A stretch of DNA of 61,750 nucleotides, counting the filler, from Choristocarpus tenellus KU-1152 (lineage: Eukaryota; Protista; Phaeophyceae): assembly GCA_964200185.2 (NCBI GenBank). It is 6 parts of 6 records of this genome, joined end to end, with 100 filler letters (N's around TTAATTAATTAA, not from the genome) between each part and the next. Parts side by side here need not be neighbours in the genome. Positions count along the whole stretch, not along the records: positions 49,085 to 54,410 come from CAXNAD020011151.1; positions 54,511 to 57,785 come from CAXNAD020021105.1; positions 57,886 to 61,750 come from CAXNAD020017504.1; 3 more parts are not named here. The stretch is one strand, 5' to 3'. Shown here in pieces: positions 51,050 through 61,750 of this stretch (positions are counted from its first letter, which is position 1; each line of letters opens with the position of its first letter). Below the pieces are notes generated by a model that worked only from the letters and a program-made list of their open reading frames with translations, made no database searches and was not told where the DNA came from. A program made the position numbers and the translations under genes.

Positions 51050-54000
51050 CATGGATTCCTCCCATAAAGTCCAATCTTAACATCCAAATCGGTGGCATTT
51101 TCTTCTCCCAGTCTGCAACAGACACTGACACCTCTAACATACTATTTCACAACTTACGTAGGGCAAATAAGCGCATCCCATTCGTTCATTCCGCTGCCTA
51201 AGTGTATCCTCTATCATACACAAAGCTATCCGTTTCTTTAAAAAATCAACAGACAACGACACCCCTGTAGAACCAAACCAGGCCATAACGCGCAAACACA
51301 TTCCAGTGGTCCTACACACCAACTCAACCCCCGCAATGAACATGTTTGTGGTGATGCAGGGCGCACAACCCGGTCCCCGCATCATGCCCCTTCAGGCTAT
51401 CATCACCCCAGACTTCACAGACATCGAACAGAACCACCTGGATAACACATTCACGATCCTGCATGGTCAATACCTGAGGTTCACCTCGGAATCCGTCAAT
51501 CTCTCGACATTGTTGATACTCACGACAGCCCGTCTGAAGCTTTCCAGGCACTGAGAGACCGTTTCGAAAGAGATGGTATCACGGAAAGAGCGATATCTGG
51601 AGGACAAATTTACACGAACAGCGAATCATATCGGATGAACAAGAGGTTGGTGGACAGTGGTATTGGGAACCACAATGAAGCGATTATGTCTACTGGAAGC
51701 TCGACTTTCAATCATGGATTGTGTTCTGCATCATCGGCTGGACATCATGGTAAACATGATATAGAATGTTTCAAGTGCGGTGGACCGCATTACATGTCTG
51801 TTTGTCCGTCGGTTTCTTCCCCACCTGTAACAGGCAAATTTACGGTACCTGCTACATTTGTAGCGGATCAGGACACAAACCTAAAAATTGTCCTAGACGT
51901 GCAGTGGCTATGGAAGCAGCTAAACAAGTTGTAGATGGTGGTGCACCGACTACACAGAGGAAGAGGCGTGGTCGAGGGAAGGCGAATGGTGGAAATAATG
52001 GACGGCCGAAGATACTTGTAGGTTTCTCAACGGTGAGGGATGAGAACGTTGAAAACAGTGGGATGATGTATGGTATTTTGATATTGGTTGTTCTGTCCAT
52101 ATGACCAAAAACCTCATTGCATTGATAGACCAACGACCTGTTCGTGGAAAGTCTGTGACTGTCGGTACAGGACAGAAACATCGAGCTATCATGGTTGGAA
52201 ACTTGCCATTACGTTGTATACAGAATGAGAAGGTTTGTGATTTTGTTCTGTACAATGTGTTGTTGGTTCAATCTTTTCTTAATGGTTCAAGGTGGACGTC
52301 AATCTGGTGGAGAAATATATTGGTGGGGGGGAAATTCTTTGAACTTGACCCCATCAACAGGAGGACCTCCCCTTATTATTCATCAACCCGTGGAAAGCAT
52401 TTTGATTTGTTCACACATTAAAGGCTAGGAGGAGAATGCCTACAAAACCTACACCACCACATAGACCAACTCCCCCTTACCCACCTATTGAGACCGAAGT
52501 GGCATTTGCGCTAGGAGGAACAGCAGCAATCGACCTCGCCCAAGTGGGGGCTGGAGGTGTCAATTTCGCACAGGATGGGGATGGAAGTATTGATCTCGCC
52601 CAGGAGGGGGCTAGAGAGGTCGATCTCGCCCGAGAGGGGAGTGGTGGGGATATTAATCGAGAAGGATTGATGATCGAGCCTACATCATCAGTGGAGGATG
52701 CTGTAGAAATTAGTAATTCCCCCGAGGGGGTTGAAGTTAATGTCATTGTCCCAGAGGAGATTGTTGGGGGGGGGGGACCTACCCCAAAGATGGCTCCGCC
52801 AGTGTTTGATCCAAAGGGGTCAACTAGTCTGAATGAACATCAGAGGTGGGTGTTGAGGAACTGGGTGGAAGTAATGCATATAACATCGTCCCTGGGGGGA
52901 CTGTTAAGGGGGATGTTATAGAACTCGTATCGAGTATGGACATTGGTGATATAGAACTCGTATCGACATCAGGCAATAATGGACCTGATGAGCTCGCCCA
53001 AGGTGGGGCTGGAGCTTTTATCCCTGCCCCTTGGGGCCCGAGTGGTGAGATGTGACCTACTACTAAAGTTGATATTAACCAGATGCATATGCAACTCGGT
53101 CACTGCCATGAAGCTATGGTACGCAGGTATGCCAAAGGATCGTGGGATTTACTTAACTGGGGAGTGGCAACAATACTGCAAGGGGTGCGCTATTGGCAAG
53201 GCTCATCGGAAACCAAATGTTTTATGGTGTTCCAACCCACCCTCATTTGTTGCCTCTTTGAGGTTCTAAGGGTTTTACAAGAGTGGACCAACGGCTGCAT
53301 AAGTTGGCACCAAGAGCCGAACCTTGTCTGATGATGGGATGTTCTTCCAACCACCCTTCTGATTCTCTGCGAGTTCTTACAAATTCAGGACAAATAGTCA
53401 ACAGGCGTGACTAAGCTTGGGAACCATATTCAGTCGCTGGGATTAGCAAGACTGGGAATGAATCTTGGAGGAGAGCAAGAAGACTTTGGGGGGAGGAATG
53501 GGGATTTGGTGCTGGAGGAAATTACTTTGGGATCGGAAGAAAAGTTTCCAGAGGAAAAGACTTCAAAAGGGTTGTCTTCGGAAAAAGTGGGTTTGGATTC
53601 GGAATTTGGAAGTGGGGAAGGTGGAATAGATGTGGAAAACACTATGGAAAATGGAAGTACTGATGGGATGCTAAACACTGGTGCTGGTGGTATGGGCCCA
53701 CCTACGTCACAGCAGGGTAGTGGTGGAAAGTTGTTACTGGGACTAGCGGACCATAACCACGACCCCCCATCTGAACCTGGTGAACCATCGGAACGGATAT
53801 TAAGGTATGAGCGAAGACTGGCTGGTCTACTTGTGGGTGGGAACGATAAACCCCTCCCACCAGAACCTAGGACCATAGAGCAGTGATAGAGTCTGAGGAG
53901 TGGCCTTTGTGGAAAGCTGCTATTGATGAAGAAGTGGATTATCTGGATAGCAGGGGACTGTGGATTCAAGTACCTCGCTCCACTGATGGTCACAAGGTAC

Positions 54001-54410
54001 TAGGGACAAATATGGTTTTCGACTGAGGCAGATGGATGGGAAAGGGAGATTGCAGATATCCAAGGCGACACTAGGACTACTGGAAGTGAACCTTTGCTGG
54101 AACAAGGAAACTGGAACACTTGTGGTGGACCAGAGTTTGCAGTTAGAGAACTGGCTTCTTGTATGGAGAATCCAAGCTGGTCTGATTGGTTGAAAGCTAG
54201 GAGAGTGATTGGGTACCTATTGGGTACTAAAGAGCATGGAATTACCTTTGGTGATTTTGGACGGTATGGTAGTGGACCAAGGGATCAGTTAATTGGCTAT
54301 ACAGATGCTGATTATGCTAACTGTAAAGACAGTAGATTGTCTATTTCTGGGGGTGTTGTTGTGTTTGGGGGAGGGTGTGCCGATTGGTGGTCGAGAAAGC
54401 AGAAAACGGT
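51050..54410 (+). mobile_element. Degenerate Ty1/copia LTR retrotransposon
   Basis: Gag zinc knuckles CFKCGGPHYMSVC and CYICSGSGHKPKNC; protease WYFDIGCSVHMT (~52071); pre-integrase HMQLGH...CKGC (~53086-53190); RT remnant; RNase H LIGYTDADYANCKDSRLSISG...WWSRKQKT. Many stops, frameshifts and deletions; LTRs not identified. Confidence 0.85.
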
Positions 54411-54510
54411 NNNNNNNNNNNNNNNNNNNNNNNNNNNNNNNNNNNNNNNNNNNNTTAATTAATTAANNNNNNNNNNNNNNNNNNNNNNNNNNNNNNNNNN
54501 NNNNNNNNNN

Positions 54511-54574
54511 ACCAAGCAATTTCGCCGGGTTTATCACCTTTACCCTCTTTGATGATTTTGGGGATACTTTAACA
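54511..54574 (+). repeat. LTR 3' end (…ACTTTAACA), same family as the LTR at 59737
   Basis: Its reverse complement TGTTAAAGTATCCCCAAAATCATCAAAGAGGGTAAAGGTGATAAACC closely matches 59737-59800. Confidence 0.75.
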
Positions 54575-54748
54575 CAGTCTACCATGCAAATACGGTCATA
54601 GTTACCGTGGTCGTTGACATGGTAGTGCCTACTACAGGTATGGCCCACCACTGCTTGCTCAGCCACTGGCTATATCATCCGGTGAGTACCTTCCCCCAAC
54701 AGAGCAGTGGGCACTACTACAACACTCTCTGTTCTATATAAATTCCAG

Positions 54749-54990
54749 TCATAATCCTTGAAACTTGACACACTTAATGAAGCAGCACCATGTGCACTGG
54801 GTCTGTTGGTGTATCTCCATCGTAGTGATATCAGCGTCACTGATCATGCATTCAAGGTAGACAAACACATCAGTTTGTTTGTACCTCTGCCCTGTATCCT
54901 CAATCTGCATTTCGTCTGATGGGTTGTTTGCGATTCGTAAGCATATGGTATCCATGTTCTTCTCCGATATATTCGTGTTTGGTGCTCTAC
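54749..54990 (-). mobile_element. RTE-like non-LTR retrotransposon RT fragment
   Basis: TICLR...QIEDTGQRYKQTDVFVYLECMISDADITTMEIHQQTQCTWCCFIK, the typical late RT/thumb region (F.YLG...D...EI..RI..AW..F). Confidence 0.65.
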
Positions 54991-57885
54991 AGCCTTACTA
55001 GGGACACTCGTATGTTGTTGGTATCTTTGTGTAGCTGTTAATAAAACAAGTCAAAATATTATGAGAGCAAAGGGTGGCATAAGATATGCGATGGGACAAA
55101 GTGGGAACTACGTAGAATGAGAAAATTCCAGAAGGACGTTTCAGAAAGGGAAACATTCTTGGATCGGGCACGTGGTTATAGAATTCTAAGAGTAGTGTAC
55201 GTCTAGCCCTGCCTAGCGCACTCCCAATCTCGACCAAGTAGCCCAGCTCTCTAGTTGAGAGAGAATATTGCAGGAGTGGTAGTCGTGTGAACGAACGAGA
55301 CAATTATAATAAAAGACTTGAACACCAACGATCTTCTTGGACATTGCTGAAAAGCAAGAGTTGATCCCAAACCGTCAAAGATGGAAGCCGTGTCAGTAGA
55401 CAATGACAGGAGGAACATCAACACGATACAATAATCCCAAATGCCTCAAACAAATACGATCACGATCATCATCATTCACCACTCTCACTTGAGGCCTCCA
55501 CACAAAGTTGCCTGCATCATCGGTATCATCATCGGTAAGAAGCATGTAGAACCGCAATAGCTGCAAAGGTGCTTGCTTGCTCTCTCCCCCATCCCCAGTG
55601 GCTAGGAAATTTTTGTCAGCTCTTCTCGATGTACAGAGATGGTATCCATAAGGAACACAACCCTCGGCGCCAAGCTTTTAAATTATCACTATAAGCACAT
55701 CGGTAAGAGCATAACAACAGCGGAACAAGGACACATAATTGGCAAAGGCTGGTGAAATACCGAAACCATTTCTGAGCACTTCCCATCAAATACCTGTACA
55801 AAATGTCGAATTCGAACATCGAAGTGACAAAAGGTCGCAATCATCTTGGCAATCACATCAAAATATGCCATTGCTATCATAAGAGCGTCATAGTTGATAA
55901 AGTTATGTGTGTTATGTAGGTGAATGAGGCTCATGTACAACGGGTTTAACCTTTGGCAGTCCAAGATTCTCCTCAATATGGTGAAAACAGAGAAAATGCT
56001 TCAAATTATTACAGATTGTATATCTGCCCTCTGACATTTTGTAGATGTGTTCAATGTGAAGGACATTTTTCCATTATCTATTTACTATTTAGGGGGTATT
56101 TTACTACTGTTCCTGGATAGAGTTACTGATACGCTGTAGACACGACCAGTCGAGTAGATTAGGAAAGGTAGAGCCAGATATGTGTTTCCATACATTTCCA
56201 GTTGAGCTCTAACTGGAGTTATGTATTGTAGGGACCTGACATTAGATTATCTGTTCATGTATCATATATGGTACATATGATACAGTGATAGTATTTTTTC
56301 TGGTTATCCATGTCGACATTGCAAATCCCGCATTGTAGTCTACACTTTGTCTCCCCCCATAAGTTCAGTCAGTGGAATTGAGACCACTTGCCCCTTGTAA
56401 CACTAACATTAAGTATTCACACCAAGCTACTTATTTCCTCTACCAAGGCACATGATTGATCATCTTAACCGCAGGTCCAGTATGGAATACTTCAACAACC
56501 ACCAGCTATGTTATATCACTCCCTTCCTAAGACCACCATAGATTTCTATAATGGATTTGTCATCTTTACATTTTAAGACGCGTCATTGACAGGGAAAAAG
56601 CAGGAATATTCAAAATCAATTTTTGGTATTCCTATGAGTAATCTGAGTCTTGTGAGCGTGAGAATCCGTAAAGGGGAAACTCGTATGGTAAGCTGAGTCG
56701 CCTGCGATGCAGCTCAGGTGTTGGACATACTCTTCTCAGATTAGTTCTTCAAAACTTATTCTTATGGCCCGCGAACCAGCAACTTCGCAGCAAGACCTCC
56801 ACCAAAAGAGAACAGGACACAGGCAGAACTTGTTGACGGAGTGCTAAAGGGTATTTACCGACCCATCACGAGTCACTGACGGGTGGGGGATTCGAACAAC
56901 GCCAAGTATCACAATGAGGATATTCCGGGGAACCTCGAGTGATCATTGATGCCATCCACTATGTCGGACTTGCAAAAAGATGGAGGAGTTTTTCTCACTA
57001 AAAAGATGACTCCCTTGACTTGAACACGACTGCACAGAATCTTCGATCATGGTGGAAGGAGATTCTGAAGGAATACAGGATGAGACAGACCTTAGTCATC
57101 TTTCCTTATAATGATTATTGTTCACACCAGGGAACGGAAGTGGTCCTTTCCCAATGACCTTTCCATGTGGCACCATTTTTTTCACTGTCTATGCACAATA
57201 CAGGTTGGGGCTCATGTAGACAGTGGTGTGTTGCTATAATTACTGGTTCGTGATTCATGCGTGCCTTACATTCTGCTACACTTACGATAAGTGGTGTACT
57301 ATCATGTGGTCTTTGCTGTACTAATTACAGAATACAACACAACCTAACCCTCTACGAAGTTATCCCATTATACCCCCCCCTCCCATGAAACTTGGCTACG
57401 TTGAACAGGGATGTAACGAGTGAGAGACCTTCAATTTCTGCCAGAGCAAGCTCTTCCATCTCAGATTTTGTACGACTGGTTTGATTTCAGGGAGGGCGAC
57501 AAAGGATTGATGTAGGCCTTTGCTGCACTGGAGCTGAGAAGGAAGGCAGGCGGGTTCGGCATCACGAACGACCTATGTGTGGACATTAATGGTGACACAA
57601 TGAACGGAGTCCCTCGAAGGAAGATGTAGGAGGGGGTACCTGCTGTACAACACCCCCAAAAGTGAAGAGTGGTCAGGGAAAGGGAAAGTCGATGAGAATT
57701 AACAAGGGTGTTGACCATGATATGCCCAGTGCAATGATGGACGGCATCGAGAGCCGGACGGAATTCTGCGAAATCCTTGCATATANNNNNNNNNNNNNNN
57801 NNNNNNNNNNNNNNNNNNNNNNNNNNNNNTTAATTAATTAANNNNNNNNNNNNNNNNNNNNNNNNNNNNNNNNNNNNNNNNNNNN

Positions 57886-59892
57886 GAGAGGGAGTACCAT
57901 CAGCACGGATATCGGCCAGGTACTTCTTGAAGGCTTCGGTGGCATCTGACTTTGCACGAAGGAAATACAACCAAACAAAACGAGAATAATCGTCCTGGAT
58001 TATCATGGTGTATTGTTTACCACCGATTGAAAGGGTAGCCCTCTTCCCACGATCGACAAAAACCCGATCCAGCGTTCTTTTCGCCCTTGAAGACGTGCTG
58101 GACCGAACGCCCTTCCGTATGCCCTTGCTCGTAGAGCAGCCGGCACATAGCTCCAGCTCACCCACCAATGCAATACCCATTGATGTGGCGGTGGAGCAAC
58201 ACCTCGTGTGCGTAGCCATAAGATCGGTGGAAGACGTTAGTGTCGATCTCCGTGTGGGGAGCGTGGGGTGTAAGCGAGGGGGCTATAGTGGCCTTTAAAG
58301 CAAGTTCAGCATTTCGATCTGGTCACGGCAATATGCGTTGACCATGGATGGTGAAATGGCAACCAGGATCTCTTGTGAAGATAAGTATTCCATCTAATAG
58401 CGAGAATGTACTGGCTGTGAAAATGCCTTTTGCACCCTTGTCAGCTGCTGCTTGGCAAGAGAAAAGATTGAATCCAAGGTCGGGGACATGAGCAACATTT
58501 TGAAGAAGTATTTCTACCTCCTTGTTGTCACATGACGGACACAAGATGGTTAGATCACCATGACCAGCGATGCAAAAGGAATTCTGACTGGCAGTGACTA
58601 CCCTTTGGTCTCCAACACAAGGCTTGTATTTTGTCATGGATTTTACCATATTTGTAATGTGGCATGAAGTCGCACTGTCCAAAATCCATTCTTCTCTCTC
58701 GCGGCCAACCCCAACACTTGACACCAAACATTCGTTTTCCCCACACTTGCCTGGAGCATTGCTGCTCGGAGAGTCCTCGGTGGCGGTCAGTAGTGCGTAT
58801 CACTCGTTGTCGCCGCAGCTGGTGATACTTTCCACAATAATGTGGGAAGGATTTGCCTCGGTCTCGATCTCTTCTTTCCCATACTGCACCGTAGTCAAGA
58901 ACACCGCAGTACATGTTGTTGCATCATGGGCACGTCCACCACACTTGGTGCAAATGCGGTTTGGGCAAGCTGTCTTCTCATGTCCATGCTTTCCGCATCT
59001 CTCACAAGGAATCTTCTCGGAACGTTTTGGGTTGGAATTAGACCCCTTTTTCTTTCTTCCACCATAAAATTTACGTTCGGCGCCGCGACCTTGGCCGTTG
59101 TGATGAGACTGACTCTGCCCTTGTGGTGAGAGGCCTCTTCGGCCATCCAGATATCATTCGCACTGAAGCCATCCGAGAGAAGTTCCTCGTAGGAGCGTTC
59201 TTGATTGACTGGTCTTTCATTTTTCAACGCATCCAAGCAGAGGGTATATCTGCAATGCACGATGAAACGCCTCTGCCAATTCCGGTAGTCCGAATCGTCC
59301 AATAGTTTCTTGGGCTCTCGATCTCTTTGTCGTAGGGTGAGCGATATGTGCGCCTGACGCCAAGCTCTCCGAAGAACCGGACCTCCGGCTCACCCCACTT
59401 CTGACGCTCAGAGCATCCAAACTGTTTTCCCTCTCAGGGAAAGTTTCCCTCAACGTGGGTTCCATAGGATTCACTTCGACTGGTACGTCCCCAGCCGGAG
59501 GCCGTGTGCTGGGCATAGCGACCTGGACGATGGGATGATTTCCTTCGCCTACTCTTTCAGACTGAACCATGAGGTTGCCAACGTTTCTCGACAACTCCGC
59601 TACTGTCGCTATAAGCTGTCTGAATTCTTGGACAGATGGGCCCTCGAAAGGAACAGGTTCCCACAATTCTTGAATCGCATCTCCTCGTGTAGACATGATG
59701 AAACGATGGGTTAGAAATCTAAGGTTCAACATATCGTGTTAAAGTATCTCCCAAAATCATCAAAGAGGATAAAGGTAATAAACCAGCGAGATTGCTTGGT
59801 GTCTGTAGAGTGATTGATTATATTTAGGTGGGGCATGCAACACCCCATACAATCAGAAATATTTCCTTTTATGTGAGAAAAATTCTCATACA
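57886..59892 (-). mobile_element. Degenerate Ty1/copia element: 5' LTR (~59892-59737), gag, protease, integrase N-terminal part
   Basis: TG...CA LTR candidate; gag from ~59732; zinc knuckle CPNRICTKCGGRAHDATTC; protease WILDSATSCHIT; VAHVPDLGFNLFS; integrase CAGCSTSKG, RVFVD, IQDDYSRFVWLYFLRAKSDA. Cut at the linker. Confidence 0.88.
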
Positions 59893-60225
59893 ACTAGTCA
59901 CTAGTAAAAGGTTCTGATAACTCAACTACTAATTGATTATTCCTTTACTCGGTACATATTTTACCGTAACTGTCCGATAGAGTTGGAAGAATCTAATCGA
60001 ACAGGTAATCCTCTCAAACCTAAACCTCCAAATCGATTAGACCATCCGTGTGGTGTAGTTACAAGAAGGAGGAAGTTATTGGATGCTGGTCGAAAAGACT
60101 TACTGTGAAGGGATGTGCTGTTTGAGTACTTTATTATTTTGTTGACTTCTCCAACAATAGTATATAGAAGAGAAAAATCTTATCTTTCACATTTATGACA
60201 ACTGTTACTTTTTCAGAGGTTGCTC

Positions 60226-60850
60226 TGATATTGAATTGGTTTGTCATCGTTTCCCCTGACACATCTGCAAAATGTCAGAGGGCATAAAAATATACTATGC
60301 TATATAATATTATTGTACACCAAACCAAGACACCAGTAATATCTATGAGTTGTGATAGAAGCCAATTAACATACATGAAAGAGAACAAGTTCTCATCAAT
60401 TTATGGTAGAAGTGCAAAGTAGACAAAACCAGGTTAAATAATATCACAAATATTCATGTGTTGTGATAGAAGCTTAGATGAATCATATGATTCTGTTGGG
60501 GCGTGGTTCAATTAGGAAAGGGTGGTTAAAAGAATCACCAGGGAAGACAGACCAGACAAACCGAGACTAACTGTAACCTAAAGGATAAGGTTAAGGTTGG
60601 ACTTGGACAAGTGCAAGGCTGCAATGACTTGCAGGAGACTGTGGAGTGATGAGAATCTTACGAGAGGGGGATAATCATAAGATTCAAGACGTGACAACAA
60701 AGATAATCTTTGATGTGTGATATCTCTGAATGAAGAGATGTCCACTACTTGTGTGATTGATCTCTTGAAAGATTCCACACATCAACTGTTTTGTAATGTT
60801 ATGCCCTCTGACATTTTGCAGATGTGCCAGGGAAAACACCAATTCAATAC
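60226..60850. mobile_element. Two outward-facing Helentron/HINE-like termini (~60250-60290 and ~60799-60845)
   Basis: CCCCTGACACATCTGCAAAATGTCAGAGGGCATAA and its reverse complement TTATGCCCTCTGACATTTTGCAGATGTGCCAGGG; flanking TATTGAATTGG/CCAATTCAATA also inverted. Confidence 0.5.
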
Positions 60851-60928
60851 AGCTGGTAGTCAAATAGTACGTAGATTTAGGAGAGATATCTTTCACATTC
60901 GCGACAACTGTTACTTTTACGGAGCTTC

Positions 60929-61411
60929 ATGTGGAAGATCTATCCGCACTGCAATCGAGAAAAGGCTGAATCCGTTTCGATAGGAGAGAGTGTGGCAGCC
61001 AGTAGATCGCATGTGCCCAACATTCTCGACATATTCCACTGGATAGTGTCCTGGGTCGCCGCTATCCTGGAGTATAAGTGTGACTTCGGTTGCGACAGGT
61101 CCCGCCCTTACGTCAATGAAATAGAAAAGGACTATGATCGTCGCACGCGCATGGCGACATTGGTCACCAAGTGCCACCAGCACTGTCTAGGTGACGTAGA
61201 CTTCCGGAGTGATGACGCCGCGTTACAGACAGCTATTAAGAGGAGGGTAGCTGCCAAGATAAAGGCATTCCTTAAAGAAGCTTGGGACGACACACATATG
61301 GAAGCCGGTGTAAATAGACTCACAGACCAGACCTCCGTCCAATTCTTCAACGCGATCGCCACCCTTGTCTACATATGCGCGGGAGAAGGTGAGGTTCTCA
61401 CGGCTCCTTGA
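60929..61411 (+). other. Intronless ORF-like segment of unknown origin next to the hairpin terminus (possible element cargo)
   Basis: 160-aa helical-looking frame (…LQTAIKRRVAAKIKAFLKEAWDDTHMEAGVNRL…); no recognised domain. Confidence 0.3.
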
Positions 61412-61750
61412 ACAGGAAACGTTCGTAAAACGATTGTGAAGCACCGCGTACCTTTCGTCTAATATATCCATATTAATTCCGCGTCGGTGGTCTAACATAC
61501 CCCACCCCTCTCTTCCCCTCACTATCCTCCAACAGAGACAAAAGACCTGGAGGAGATCCTTCTCGATGTGTGGAGAGAGCACAAGAAGCACGAGGGATCG
61601 AGTGTAAGCGCGATGCACCCGTTTTAACACTAGTACATGAAATACCCACCTTCACCAACAGTCCAACAACACAGTAGTAACCCCTGCCTTCCAATACTGT
61701 GAGTTTGAATTGACGTTTCACACATGTGTAACACTATCGGCCATATGACA

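Noticed and set aside
54511-54574. 3' LTR of the plus-strand copia at 51050-54410
   Set aside because: It is separated by a linker and no matching 5' LTR is present near 51 kb; it matches the LTR of the other element at 59737 instead.
56258-56284. 10-bp perfect stem TGTATCATAT/ATATGATACA
   Set aside because: It is an isolated AT-rich hairpin with no supporting context and could be chance.

Overview
This is eukaryotic, intron-rich genomic DNA. A stramenopile, possibly a brown-alga relative, is plausible but unproven. It was assembled from six pieces joined by 100-nt N linkers carrying TTAATTAATTAA (about 13452, 27071, 48985, 54411, 57786), so adjacency across linkers is not established. I reconstructed exon chains by hand for six genes: (1) an N-myristoylation-motif, cyclic-nucleotide-binding protein (PKG/PKA-R-like, minus); (2) a PROSER3-like low-complexity protein (minus); (3) a PPEF/RdgC-PP5-type Ser/Thr phosphatase (minus); (4) the first ~1.2 domains of a voltage-gated Ca/Na-type channel (minus); (5) a divergently transcribed low-complexity gene (plus); (6) a TTC16-like TPR protein (plus). 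Introns and intergenic DNA hold three related MITE families with GAG/GAC termini and 4-bp target-site duplications (Sola-like) that nest inside each other. There is also a decayed Sola2-like transposase, two degenerate Ty1/copia elements, LINE relics, Helentron-like hairpin termini, a tRNA-derived SINE head and a 3x ~354-bp tandem repeat. The most notable observations are telomeric TTAGGG units added at microhomologous seeds inside MITE copies, repeated MITE-in-MITE insertion, and four apparent GC-AG introns.
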